From the NCBI GenBank assembly GCA_041654875.1, contig JBAZCP010000001.1, positions 16,408 through 80,407 of the forward strand: a stretch of DNA of 64,000 nucleotides, written 5' to 3'. Below the pieces are notes generated by a model. The model ran no database searches and was not told where the DNA came from. It was given only the letters and a program-made list of their open reading frames with translations. Shown here in pieces: positions 16,817 to 26,780 of this stretch (position 1 is the stretch's first letter; every line of letters starts with the position of its first letter). This DNA is from Candidatus Cloacimonadales bacterium (GTDB taxonomy: Bacteria > Cloacimonadota > Cloacimonadia > Cloacimonadales > WRIO01). Both the position numbers and the translations under genes were made by a program.

Positions 16817-18919
16817 TTATCCATAAATCATTTCTTTATTTGTTAAAGCATCTTGGTAAGTAGGGCAATACTGCAATGTGTTGTCAATATATTTTTTAGC
16901 TAATTTAATATTACCCTGCATATAAGTCAATACTGCTAAATTATTTAACAATACTATACTGTATGGATTTAACTCAAAAGATTCTTTGAATAAATCTTCA
17001 GCTCTTAATTGATTTCCTTGTACAAAAGCTATTTCTCCTAACATAAGCCACGTGGCAGCATTTGATTTACTATTCAGTATTTGAGCATTGAGTAAGTTTT
17101 GTGCAACTTCATACTTTTCATTTTTTATAAGTTGTTCAATTTCAATTTGCTCAGTTAAACTACTTTTAATGGAAGTGTTACCTTGAATAAAAATATCTTT
17201 TAAGCTATGAAGGTCTGCAATGTTATCATATCTTTGAATTAGTTTATCGATTTGTTCTAATTTGATACTTAAAGGTTGGTTGGACAACCTAAGTCTTTCA
17301 ATATTGTTTTGAATGAAGTAATACTCATCAAGCCTATATGCAGTGAAATTATAAGGCAACCCTGGATACATGTAAAAATAATCATTATTATGATTCTTTA
17401 CAAAGAATTTTTTTTCTACAATATAGTTTACACCCATATAGTCAAAAGCTTGTTGGGGTTTCCATGCTTCATAGCAGACGTTATTTATGTCAATGAAGTA
17501 TATTGGTGTATTTGTTTTTGCCATATATTTCAATATATCTTTAAAATATTTCACATTTTGCTTTCTGTTAGGAAAGGAAAAAACACTTTTAATAATGCTT
17601 CGTCTTCGTGAAAGTAAATATATTGAAGGGTAGTTACCATAAACATAAATATAGTCATTTTTAATAGTTCTGTCTTTTACATATTTACCAATTACAGGGC
17701 ATAAATTGTACATGACTTGAGAGCCTATTGTTACGTTTGCAATATAAGAGATATTTTCTTTTTTTAGTTTTAACAACATTGTTTTTATTGCATTAAATGT
17801 GCTAAATGAAATTAAAAAAATTATCATTACTTTTGATACTATGGAAGTATTTTCAAAGCTATAGTAAATCAGAAAACCTGATAAAATAGCTATTGGTAAA
17901 TTAAAAAAACCAAGTTTTGGTTGATGATAAGATTTTTGCATAAAAATAACGAGTAAATTGAATGGAATTAGACATAAGATATATAAAAAAATACGATCTT
18001 TAACAAAAGCCAATGAGATAATTGATAATAAGACAAATACTATAGAATGTTTAAAAGCAAATTTGAATATTATATAAAATTTTAATATTTCATCCTTTAT
18101 ACTTATGTGATCATTCCACTTACCCTCAATGTATTCTGAAGTTCCTGTTGAATTGTTATTCTGTTTTGATTTAAAAATATGATTTATTATAACGTAATAA
18201 AAGCTGACGTAATAGTGAAATAATCTTTTAAGGTAGAACTGAATATCTTCCTTTTTTTTGTCAGAGAAACAAAGAATTATATAATTTGGTAATATTAAGA
18301 GAATAAATATAAACCCACTAAAAAAATATAGATTTTCTATAAAAGCAGTATATCTATAGAACAGAGGCAGGGTTAAAACAAACAAATATATTGCTTTGAA
18401 TTGATAAACGAGACTAGCAAAAACACCTGATATAAATAAAAGCCATACATTATGATGGTTTACACCTAAAAAATATAGTGCAATGGTGATTATAAAAGGT
18501 AAAGCAACAAAGAATTCGGCATATGTTAAGTCAGAGTATGAGTTTGGCTGAGAGATTAATAGTATATAAATAGAAGAGATGATAAAACTCATGTTAATAT
18601 TGTCCCAAATTAAGAAGGAACAACAAAAGATGGCAATATCTGTGATGATATACCAGTAGTACTTTATTTTTTTGGAAAAATATGGGTCTTCAGTTTTGAA
18701 AATCAAGTATATGTATTGGAAAATTGTTTGTAAGTTAAAGAATGCATCGCCTTTATAAAAAGTATTATTTTTGCTAATAAGATTAGAATAACCATATTTT
18801 CTGAATACAGATATATAAAACCAGTTACCATCGTCTTCTGACAATTCTTGCTTCAAAATCGGAAAGTGAAAAACAGCCGATAATAATAAAATGACAAAAA
18901 AATAGATTAATAAAAGCAT
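16817..18919 (-). CDS. Polytopic GT-C-type (ArnT/PMT-like) membrane glycosyltransferase with C-terminal TPR domain
   Basis: 700 aa. At least 10 hydrophobic segments in the N-terminal ~400 aa. Acidic motif SEDDGNWFY in the first loop after TM1. C-terminal TPRs (WLMLGEIAFVQGNQLRAEDLFKESFELNP...). Confidence 0.55.
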   Translation of the reverse strand: MLLLIYFFVILLLSAVFHFPILKQELSEDDGNWFYISVFRKYGYSNLISKNNTFYKGDAFFNLQTIFQYIYLIFKTEDPYFSKKIKYYWYIITDIAIFCCSFLIWDNINMSFIISSIYILLISQPNSYSDLTYAEFFVALPFIITIALYFLGVNHHNVWLLFISGVFASLVYQFKAIYLFVLTLPLFYRYTAFIENLYFFSGFIFILLILPNYIILCFSDKKKEDIQFYLKRLFHYYVSFYYVIINHIFKSKQNNNSTGTSEYIEGKWNDHISIKDEILKFYIIFKFAFKHSIVFVLLSIISLAFVKDRIFLYILCLIPFNLLVIFMQKSYHQPKLGFFNLPIAILSGFLIYYSFENTSIVSKVMIIFLISFSTFNAIKTMLLKLKKENISYIANVTIGSQVMYNLCPVIGKYVKDRTIKNDYIYVYGNYPSIYLLSRRRSIIKSVFSFPNRKQNVKYFKDILKYMAKTNTPIYFIDINNVCYEAWKPQQAFDYMGVNYIVEKKFFVKNHNNDYFYMYPGLPYNFTAYRLDEYYFIQNNIERLRLSNQPLSIKLEQIDKLIQRYDNIADLHSLKDIFIQGNTSIKSSLTEQIEIEQLIKNEKYEVAQNLLNAQILNSKSNAATWLMLGEIAFVQGNQLRAEDLFKESFELNPYSIVLLNNLAVLTYMQGNIKLAKKYIDNTLQYCPTYQDALTNKEMIYG

Positions 18920-19003
18920 TATATTCTCCTATAAGTAGAAGGCAAATAATAGTTTACAGGCTTACAAATATAAATAAATATTATAGTTCCGAATTTTGAT
19001 TTA

Positions 19004-20137
19004 CTATTTACTTAATTGCTCCAAGAAATTATTCATAATTTTAACTTGATTTAAATATTTAAAAGATTCTTGTGCAATTTGCTTTCTTGGTATACTTTGT
19101 ATTTTTAAAGCAAATTCAAAAAAATCATTAAAAGAAAAAAAGTGATTTACTTTTAAAATATATGGGAAGTCATTTGGGAACTTAAATTCATCATAACCAA
19201 CAATTACAGGCAGTCCATTTATCAAATATTCTCCTACTTTTAAAGCAGAAGCTTGAGTTAACTTTTTTTTATATAGAGCAAGAGGTCCTATACCAATAGA
19301 AAATTTTTGTAAGTAATCGTATGCTTCATTTTGTTTTATCAGCCCATCATATACACACCTATTGGTTGACTCAATTAATTTCTTTTGTTGTTCATTAACA
19401 TTGCCTGCAAAATGTACTTGGAAATTATTAAATTTTGAAGATCTGATGCTTTCGATCAACAATTCAAGTCCTTGGTAGGAGTGAAAAACACTGGAAATCA
19501 TGACAAACTTAATAGTATTAGGTTTGCCTTTAAATGAAATAACATTATCCTCTTTTAAAAATACGCCATTTGGTAAAATTAATCTTTTTGCTGTTTTTAT
19601 ATTTTTACACTCAATTTTAAGTATTTCGGGGCTTACTCCAATTATCCCTAAACAGCCTTTATGATGTAGTTTTCTTGTTATTTTTTCGATTAGTGAACCT
19701 ATTGTTGAATATAGCTTCAGCTCCCCAACTTCATCGCTATGGTGGTAGAATAAAATCTTATGTTTTCTCTTTAAAAATGTAAATGCAAAAAAATCAGCAG
19801 AATTATATCTTAAAATAACGTAATCATATTCGTCTGTTAGCCTATTTACAAATAAATTATACTTGATTCTAACAAATAGCATATTTAGAGTAAAAATTCT
19901 TTTTAAGTAAAAATTCAAAGTATTGTCTTTTTTAAAAATATAATTTATTAAACGAAAAACTGGAACATATTTTATGTAATCATTTTGGAATTTATCACAA
20001 GGAGATGATATATACACATCCCATTGTGCATTCTCAATGTGCTTAGCTGCTTGTGCTTCAGTTATTCGCATTTTATGTACACCTGCTATATACTCGATAT
20101 GCAAACTTGTATGTGCGATTTTTAGCTTGTTTGTCAT
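19004..20137 (-). CDS. Putative GT-B-fold glycosyltransferase
   Basis: 377 aa. The C-terminal ASALKVGEYLINGLPVIVG resembles the donor-binding helix of GT1/GT4 enzymes. 4-nt overlap with the upstream GT4. Weak call. Confidence 0.4.
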   Translation of the reverse strand: MTNKLKIAHTSLHIEYIAGVHKMRITEAQAAKHIENAQWDVYISSPCDKFQNDYIKYVPVFRLINYIFKKDNTLNFYLKRIFTLNMLFVRIKYNLFVNRLTDEYDYVILRYNSADFFAFTFLKRKHKILFYHHSDEVGELKLYSTIGSLIEKITRKLHHKGCLGIIGVSPEILKIECKNIKTAKRLILPNGVFLKEDNVISFKGKPNTIKFVMISSVFHSYQGLELLIESIRSSKFNNFQVHFAGNVNEQQKKLIESTNRCVYDGLIKQNEAYDYLQKFSIGIGPLALYKKKLTQASALKVGEYLINGLPVIVGYDEFKFPNDFPYILKVNHFFSFNDFFEFALKIQSIPRKQIAQESFKYLNQVKIMNNFLEQLSK

Positions 20138-21261
20138 GCCCAGTTCCTTAATAACTCAATATATTTTCTTGCAGACATTTCCCATGCATAATATTCACAG
20201 GCTTCCTCTCGACTTTTACTTTTTAAATAGTTCAACAAGTTTTTATCTTCTACTAAACGTTTTAAAGCTTTATAAAGCCCGTTATCTTCATTTAAAGAAA
20301 ATAACAGCCCATTTTCTTCATGCTTTATAAGGTCATTATTACCAGTAACGTTGCTTGCAACAACAGCTAACCCAGATGCCATAGCTTCGAGATTTGTATT
20401 GGATAAACCTTCAGCCTTTGAAGCATTTATAATACTGTCAGATAAATGATAAATATCTCTTAGTTCGATTTTATTGACCCATCCAAAAAACTTGATTCTT
20501 TTTTTTAGATCAAGTTTGTGACAAAGCTCTAAAGCTTTTTCGTAAAGAGGCCCATTACCGACCATGTACAAAAAAGTATTGTTTGTTTCATTTGCTAACA
20601 ATGCAAACTCCTTGATAATATATTCAATGTTTTTTTCTGCTGAAAAACGTCCGACATAAATAAAACAAACAGATTCATTATTTTTCAACTTAGGTTCAAA
20701 GTATTTAATATCCACTCCAGTGTTTATAGTCATAGTAGAATATCTATCAGTTTGCATAGAGAGCTGCTTTAACCCATCTGAAACAGCAATAATGTGTTTT
20801 GCATTTTTTAACACCGACTTTCGTAATGGAGAAACAATTTTATGGAAAAAATCTAATTCTGGTTGTGAGCCAGGTACATCGCCGCCACCTAAAAATATTA
20901 GATACGGTAAATTATACATTTTCTTAATAATCAATCCCACAATACCAGAAGGTATAGACATAAAGCTAATTGAATGGCTAATTTTGTGACGTTTTATTAT
21001 ACTATAACTAAACAATAAAGTTGAAAACACAAAACTCATCATCTGAACTGGGTTTGATTTCTCTTTATATTTTCGTAATGCGGGTATTCGATATAAATGC
21101 ACCCCATTTTCATTTATGTATTCATAAATACACCCAAAAGCTGAAGTTACTACAACTACATCATGCCCAAGTTTTTCAAATTCGCGAGCATAATTATAAG
21201 TTGCATTACCAGCACCTCCGCCAATAGGAGGGTATTCATAGTTTATTAAAAGAATATTCAA
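20134..21261 (-). CDS. Family 4 (GT-B) glycosyltransferase
   Basis: 375 aa. MNILLINYEYPPIGGGAGNATYNYAREF N-terminus and EGLSNTNLEAMASGLAVVAS (E-x7-E). Confidence 0.85.
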   Translation of the reverse strand: MNILLINYEYPPIGGGAGNATYNYAREFEKLGHDVVVVTSAFGCIYEYINENGVHLYRIPALRKYKEKSNPVQMMSFVFSTLLFSYSIIKRHKISHSISFMSIPSGIVGLIIKKMYNLPYLIFLGGGDVPGSQPELDFFHKIVSPLRKSVLKNAKHIIAVSDGLKQLSMQTDRYSTMTINTGVDIKYFEPKLKNNESVCFIYVGRFSAEKNIEYIIKEFALLANETNNTFLYMVGNGPLYEKALELCHKLDLKKRIKFFGWVNKIELRDIYHLSDSIINASKAEGLSNTNLEAMASGLAVVASNVTGNNDLIKHEENGLLFSLNEDNGLYKALKRLVEDKNLLNYLKSKSREEACEYYAWEMSARKYIELLRNWA

Positions 21262-23130
21262 TCAGTCCTCATTAGGTTCTGTTAGTTTTAATAGCTTTCC
21301 TGCATAGTTGCAATGACCTTGTTTTTTTCTTGCATTCGATGAATAGTAGGTTCGGCATTGAAGTACGATTGCTTGATGCATAAGCTCACTAACTTTTAAA
21401 AGGTTTGAAGGCACGGAATACATGTCATTTTCCTTGGCTATAATACGATAAAATGCATAAAGTATGCTTGTTTTGATAACTTGTTTATTTTCCTGAATAA
21501 TCAAATTTTCATTATCTTTGAATTCTAAGTTTTTAAAATCAGAAAAAGCAATACATTCTTTATTTGTATATATGTCAGGAATAAAGTCCAATCTATTGCT
21601 TCCAAAAATACAGTATTCAATCTCTTGTTCATAGTTCTCTATTATAAAAGTAACACAATCTCGAGAATATTGCAAGCTGACTATTGGTTGATCTGGCTTT
21701 ACATGTGTAAAAGAGAAGGTATCAGACCAGTTAGACCACAGTCCATTTTTTTGAAGTTTACATCTAAAATAGTAATTAATGTCACAGTTGAAGAAGCTTG
21801 AGTGCGTTTCAGAAATATGTATAGTTTCTTTAAAATCTTCTAATGTATTGAATGAAGGATTTATGAACTTAAAGTCATTGTTAGGAGATATTTGCCACCA
21901 AATTTTTTGTGCACTTTCTTTGGCGAAGATAGAAAAATATGGTTTTGTATCTTTGAATTCACTTGATTTATTTACAATTATGGGTACATGATTAATTTTT
22001 GTAAAATCTTGCTCGATTTCTACACAAACTTCTATAATTCCATCTTGTTTACTATCAACTAGAAAAGTATTATTTTTAGAATATAGCTCAGGCATTGATA
22101 AACGGCTTAATTGATAATAGATATAGATTTCATCATCAAAGTCATCAATATCTATTTTTAATGATTTGATAATTATATTTTGTGGTGATTTAAGTAATTC
22201 TTTTTTACTGCGATTTTCTATTTGATAAATAGGAAAATCCGAGGTAAATACTTTATTATTTCTGTAAATTAAATTTATTTTATGCTTTACAATTATTGTT
22301 GACGAATGAATGGTTTTTTTGTTGACACTATGTATAATATCCGCATTTAAGGGTTTTTCGGGTATCATTTCATAGTCAATTGTTATATGTTCATCTGGGT
22401 ATAAATTCCAACCATATAGTGAATTAGGTGCAATTGGATCCATATTGTTTCCTATATATTGATTGTCTATATACTCAAACAGAGACATATTGGTTATTTT
22501 GGTATTTGAGTTTTTGGATCTATATATCCCATAAGGTTTGGTTCGATAAACTAAAAAAGGGTCTTCTATGATATCTGACAAACTGCTTAATGAGAAGTTA
22601 TCTAAATTGATATAATGCGTTTTAATATCTGCATCAAGAACCACTTTCTTTTTATTAATTAAATATTCAAAAGCAGCGTGTCCGTTTAATTTGATTCCCT
22701 GGGCATCTACAAGTAAAGGTAACATTGCTTTTAATAATGCTTTTGCATTTTGTCCACATATACAGTATCCCCACCAATTAATTAACTGTATAGGGTCTTC
22801 TGATTCTTTAAACCCATTTACTGCGTGAATTATGTTATCACTAAAAAACTTATAAAGCTTAAATGCATCTTCTTGTTTTTTGGGGTTAATTCCTAAATAT
22901 GCATAAAGCGAATTAATACTTCTAAAGTCTTTATTGTTAGCAATAGGGTAAACATTCTCCATTATTATATTACTTTTATTTGTAATCGTTATTTGTTTTA
23001 ATAGATTTTTTTCAAGAGTACCCGCATTGTAACTATTTGGTGATTTGTAACTCCTGTCATCCACAGTATTTTCATTATATATCTCAATCATATGATTCGT
23101 GTTCATGGTGAATGTATGCTTTAAAATCAT
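21262..23130 (-). CDS. Hypothetical cytoplasmic protein with possible transglutaminase-like Cys-His-Asp core
   Basis: 622 aa, no signal peptide or TM. WWGYCICGQNAKALLKAML...GIKLNGHAAFEYLINKKKVVLDAD resembles the GxC...GI...HAxxE...D arrangement of transglutaminase-like folds. ATGA overlap with asnB-like gene. Confidence 0.3.
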   Translation of the reverse strand: MILKHTFTMNTNHMIEIYNENTVDDRSYKSPNSYNAGTLEKNLLKQITITNKSNIIMENVYPIANNKDFRSINSLYAYLGINPKKQEDAFKLYKFFSDNIIHAVNGFKESEDPIQLINWWGYCICGQNAKALLKAMLPLLVDAQGIKLNGHAAFEYLINKKKVVLDADIKTHYINLDNFSLSSLSDIIEDPFLVYRTKPYGIYRSKNSNTKITNMSLFEYIDNQYIGNNMDPIAPNSLYGWNLYPDEHITIDYEMIPEKPLNADIIHSVNKKTIHSSTIIVKHKINLIYRNNKVFTSDFPIYQIENRSKKELLKSPQNIIIKSLKIDIDDFDDEIYIYYQLSRLSMPELYSKNNTFLVDSKQDGIIEVCVEIEQDFTKINHVPIIVNKSSEFKDTKPYFSIFAKESAQKIWWQISPNNDFKFINPSFNTLEDFKETIHISETHSSFFNCDINYYFRCKLQKNGLWSNWSDTFSFTHVKPDQPIVSLQYSRDCVTFIIENYEQEIEYCIFGSNRLDFIPDIYTNKECIAFSDFKNLEFKDNENLIIQENKQVIKTSILYAFYRIIAKENDMYSVPSNLLKVSELMHQAIVLQCRTYYSSNARKKQGHCNYAGKLLKLTEPNED

Positions 23131-25007
23131 AAAAACTCCCTTTCATACCATTTTTGAAAGACATACAAAGTCCATATTTGTTTACGATTATCTTTGACAC
23201 CTTTCAAATGCTGATGCAATAAACGATAGACATATGGGTAGTTAAATAAGCTTTGTTTATCGACAAATTCTTTACTTAGATAATGAGATATTTCGTTTTT
23301 TAAATCTTGTTTAATCCATTTAGTCAGTGGTATTCCAAATCCCTTTTTTTGACGGTACAGAATTGATTTTGGCAATATTCCTTCAAATGCTTTTTTCAAT
23401 ATATATTTACGAGTTGTTCCTTTAAATTTGACAGAATAGGGAAGATGATTAGCAAACTCAGCGAAATCATTATCCAAAAAAGGTGCTCTTGTTTCTAAAG
23501 AGTTCATCATGCTTGCTCTATCTACTTTAGTAAGAATATCTTCTGCCAAGTAAAACTTTTGATAATGCCAAAGTAAGCTGTTTTCTTTAGACAAATCGTG
23601 GGGTGTTTCAATTAGGTTTAAAGGATAGTTACCGTTAAATGCCAAAAAAAGGCGATTCTGCTCATCGAAATCATACGAGCCAATCCAAAGTTGGTTTCGC
23701 ATCACAGGGCTTTTATAAACGTGTTTTAGAAAGTTTTTTGCCTTGAAATCTAAACTCATATTTTTCTCAGAAACTGGTACGCTATTGACAAGATTTTCAA
23801 TAATATATTTTGAAAGGTACTTTGGTATTATTTTATATTTTTCTGCCCAGTAATGAGCTAAAAAAGGATCATAGCCTGCAAATAACTCATCTCCAGCATC
23901 TCCGCCAAGAGCAACACTTACATGTTGTTTGGTAAATTTACTAAGTAAATAGGTTGGTATGATTGAGGCATCAGCAAAAGGCTCATCTAAGCTTTCCATT
24001 ATTTCAGGAAGAATATTAACAAGTGTTGATACAGAAAGTGTTTCATGATGGTGATCTGTTTTAAATAATCGGGCAACTTGTTCTGCATAAGAGCTTTCAT
24101 CAAAAGACTTCTCATCAAACCCAATAGAAAAAGTCTTTAACTTCTTATGCCCTGTGAGCTCAGAAGCTAAAGCTGTGATAATACTTGAGTCTATTCCACC
24201 ACTTAAAAAAACACCAACTGGCACATCGCTGACCATATGGCTGGAAACAGCTTTTTTAAGTTTCATAACTAATGTTTTTGATAGTTCAACTTCACTTAAA
24301 GTATTAAATTGTTTGTATGGTGAAAAGCTTATTTCAAAATATTGTTTGATTTTATAATCATAGTTTTTAAAAACCAGATAATGCCCTGGCAATAGCTTTT
24401 TTACATTTTTATAAATGCTTAAATCTAAAGGCAAATACTCGTATTGAAGATAAGCAGACAAGCTATCCATTGAAAGTTCTTTTTTAAAATCTTTATGCAA
24501 AATAATTGCTTTGGACTCTGAAGCAAATAAAAACTGACTTCCATTAAAATAATAATACAATGGTTTTTGTCCATATCTATCTCTTGCAAGCACAAGTTCG
24601 TCGTTCTGTCTATCATAAATTGCCAAAGCAAACATCCCGTTAAGCTTTTTGAAAAACTCAACACCGAACTCAATAAAGCCATTCAAGATAACTTCAGTAT
24701 CAGTTTGTGAATTAAACACATAAGACATTGCAGTCAATGTCTTACGCAACTCCTGAAAATTATATATTTCACCATTAAAGACAATCCAGTATCTATCATC
24801 GTTAGATGACATTGGTTGGTGACCTGCAGAAGATAAATCTAAAATGCTTAATCGTCTTTGCCCTAGCGCAATATTTAGTTTATTATCTTGGTTAAATATT
24901 TCACAACCAACATTATCGGGACCTCTATGCTTTAGAGCGTTAGTCATAGAAAGGATGTCTTTTTTGCTGATTAACGTATTACTTACGATTCCTGCTATGC
25001 CACACAT
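23127..25007 (-). CDS. Asparagine synthase (glutamine-hydrolysing) family amidotransferase
   Basis: 626 aa. N-terminal MCGIAGIV (Ntn Cys2) and PP-loop VGVFLSGGIDSS. The start abuts the upstream stop codon. Confidence 0.9.
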   Translation of the reverse strand: MCGIAGIVSNTLISKKDILSMTNALKHRGPDNVGCEIFNQDNKLNIALGQRRLSILDLSSAGHQPMSSNDDRYWIVFNGEIYNFQELRKTLTAMSYVFNSQTDTEVILNGFIEFGVEFFKKLNGMFALAIYDRQNDELVLARDRYGQKPLYYYFNGSQFLFASESKAIILHKDFKKELSMDSLSAYLQYEYLPLDLSIYKNVKKLLPGHYLVFKNYDYKIKQYFEISFSPYKQFNTLSEVELSKTLVMKLKKAVSSHMVSDVPVGVFLSGGIDSSIITALASELTGHKKLKTFSIGFDEKSFDESSYAEQVARLFKTDHHHETLSVSTLVNILPEIMESLDEPFADASIIPTYLLSKFTKQHVSVALGGDAGDELFAGYDPFLAHYWAEKYKIIPKYLSKYIIENLVNSVPVSEKNMSLDFKAKNFLKHVYKSPVMRNQLWIGSYDFDEQNRLFLAFNGNYPLNLIETPHDLSKENSLLWHYQKFYLAEDILTKVDRASMMNSLETRAPFLDNDFAEFANHLPYSVKFKGTTRKYILKKAFEGILPKSILYRQKKGFGIPLTKWIKQDLKNEISHYLSKEFVDKQSLFNYPYVYRLLHQHLKGVKDNRKQIWTLYVFQKWYEREFL

Positions 25008-26636
25008 TTATTTACCTTGAGTCCTTGAGTGTATAGCTTCAACTATATAATAATCTTTATTCTGTACTTCAAAATAGACACGTATTACAAGCTCTCCAAT
25101 CAAACCTATGAAGAGAACTTGTGTGCATAAAGTAAGCATTATTGCATAAAGGATAATTAATGTGTTAAAGCTAAGAGTTGTAAAAATACTTGCGATAGAT
25201 AAAGAAATAAAAAGTGCAGTACCCCAGAGAAATATTTTTTTTACTATTTTCCCAAAAAACTGTATAGGCCTCGTCATATAATCTGAAAAAAATCTAATTA
25301 CAAGAAAATCAAACAATACTCTTGATACTCTCGATAAATTGTATTTTGCTTTGCCATGTATTCTTGGATGATGATTAACGGGAATTTCGGCAACTTTTAC
25401 TCCAAGCCAAGCAGCAAAGACAGGTATGAATCTATGCATTTCACCATATAATTGTATATTCTTTACAATCTCTTTTTTGTATGCTTTTAGGGTACACCCA
25501 AAATCATTAAGCTGAATACCTGTGCCACTTATCAGGTAGTTTATGATTTTATTTGCCACAGCTGAAGGCAGTCTTCTGCTGATAGCTTTATCTTGCCTAT
25601 CTTTTCTCCATCCATTAACAAGATCATACCCTTCTGCCATTTTTTCTAATAATTTAGGTATATCCGCAGGATCATTCTGCAAATCACCATCCATAGTAAC
25701 AATTATATGTCCATTTGCATATTTAAAACCAGCACTTAATGCTGCTGTCTGTCCATAGTTACGCCTAAATTGGATCAAGACAACATTCGTCTCTGACAAA
25801 GACAAGTTTCTTAAGTATTCAGTACTACCATCACGACTTCCATCATCAATGAAAATGATCTCATACCGTTGATCTAAATCTCCGAGTACATTTACTAATT
25901 TTTCATAAAGGATTGGCAAATTTTTACGTTCATTCATAATCGGTATAACAACAGAAATGTCAATACCTTTAATATCATCTTTACCAATATTTGAAATAAT
26001 ATTAAATGGGTCGATTTCATATATTTGATTAGACAACTCAATATGAATTGAGGTATTAGGGATGTCTGCGTTATTAGAAATAAGTTTTAATTGAGTCTTT
26101 AATTCTTTAATATTTGCATCTATACCGTATATTTTTTCTAATTCAGACAAAAAAAGCCCTGCCTCAACTAATTTCTTAGCTGAAAGCAGGACTGTTGCTA
26201 AATTTATTTTTGCGACATAATAATCTTCTGCTAAAGACATAGCTTGTCTAATTCTTATCTCAGCGTTTTCGTAATCATTAGTCTTGAAATATACTACACC
26301 CAAGTCATTTAATAGTTCGTGATTGGTCTTATCTACCAAACGAGCTTTTTCTAATATTTGTATTGATTCTTTATAACGTTTATTTTCATAGAATACAAGA
26401 CCTAAATTATATAAGTAGTTAAAATTTTCTGGTTCTAAATTTGCTGCTTTTTCAATATATTGAAACGATGTATCTATTTCATTCAATATCTTGTATGCGT
26501 TGCCTAAAATTGAAAATATTTTTGCTGATTTAGGGTTTATTTCTGCAGCATTTTCCCAATGCTTAATAGCACTATGTACATCGTTATCTTGAAAATACTT
26601 TAAGCCTAATAAATATTCACTTTCATAATTTTCCAT
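25008..26636 (-). CDS. TPR-domain / polyprenyl-phosphate glycosyltransferase (GT2, GtrB/ArnC/DPM1-like) fusion with C-terminal TM helices
   Basis: 542 aa. About 200-aa N-terminal TPR region. Then ISVVIPIMNERKNL, EIIFIDDGSRDGS and VTMDGDLQNDP. Two hydrophobic C-terminal helices. Confidence 0.8.
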   Translation of the reverse strand: MENYESEYLLGLKYFQDNDVHSAIKHWENAAEINPKSAKIFSILGNAYKILNEIDTSFQYIEKAANLEPENFNYLYNLGLVFYENKRYKESIQILEKARLVDKTNHELLNDLGVVYFKTNDYENAEIRIRQAMSLAEDYYVAKINLATVLLSAKKLVEAGLFLSELEKIYGIDANIKELKTQLKLISNNADIPNTSIHIELSNQIYEIDPFNIISNIGKDDIKGIDISVVIPIMNERKNLPILYEKLVNVLGDLDQRYEIIFIDDGSRDGSTEYLRNLSLSETNVVLIQFRRNYGQTAALSAGFKYANGHIIVTMDGDLQNDPADIPKLLEKMAEGYDLVNGWRKDRQDKAISRRLPSAVANKIINYLISGTGIQLNDFGCTLKAYKKEIVKNIQLYGEMHRFIPVFAAWLGVKVAEIPVNHHPRIHGKAKYNLSRVSRVLFDFLVIRFFSDYMTRPIQFFGKIVKKIFLWGTALFISLSIASIFTTLSFNTLIILYAIMLTLCTQVLFIGLIGELVIRVYFEVQNKDYYIVEAIHSRTQGK

Positions 26637-26780
26637 ATTATCTTCCCTGATTTAATATTAGCACAGCTTCGCCCTGTGACTTCAGATTTCGTGCCACTTG
26701 CTACAATATGATGCAAAAGCTATGCCATAGGAAAATCAATTATTCTTTGTTTATTGTCATATAAATAAGAAAATATTTCT

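Noticed and set aside
7308-26636. The low-GC glycan locus as a mobile genomic island
   Set aside because: There is no integrase, transposase, tRNA attachment site or flanking direct repeat in the window. Low G+C alone is typical of surface-polysaccharide loci.
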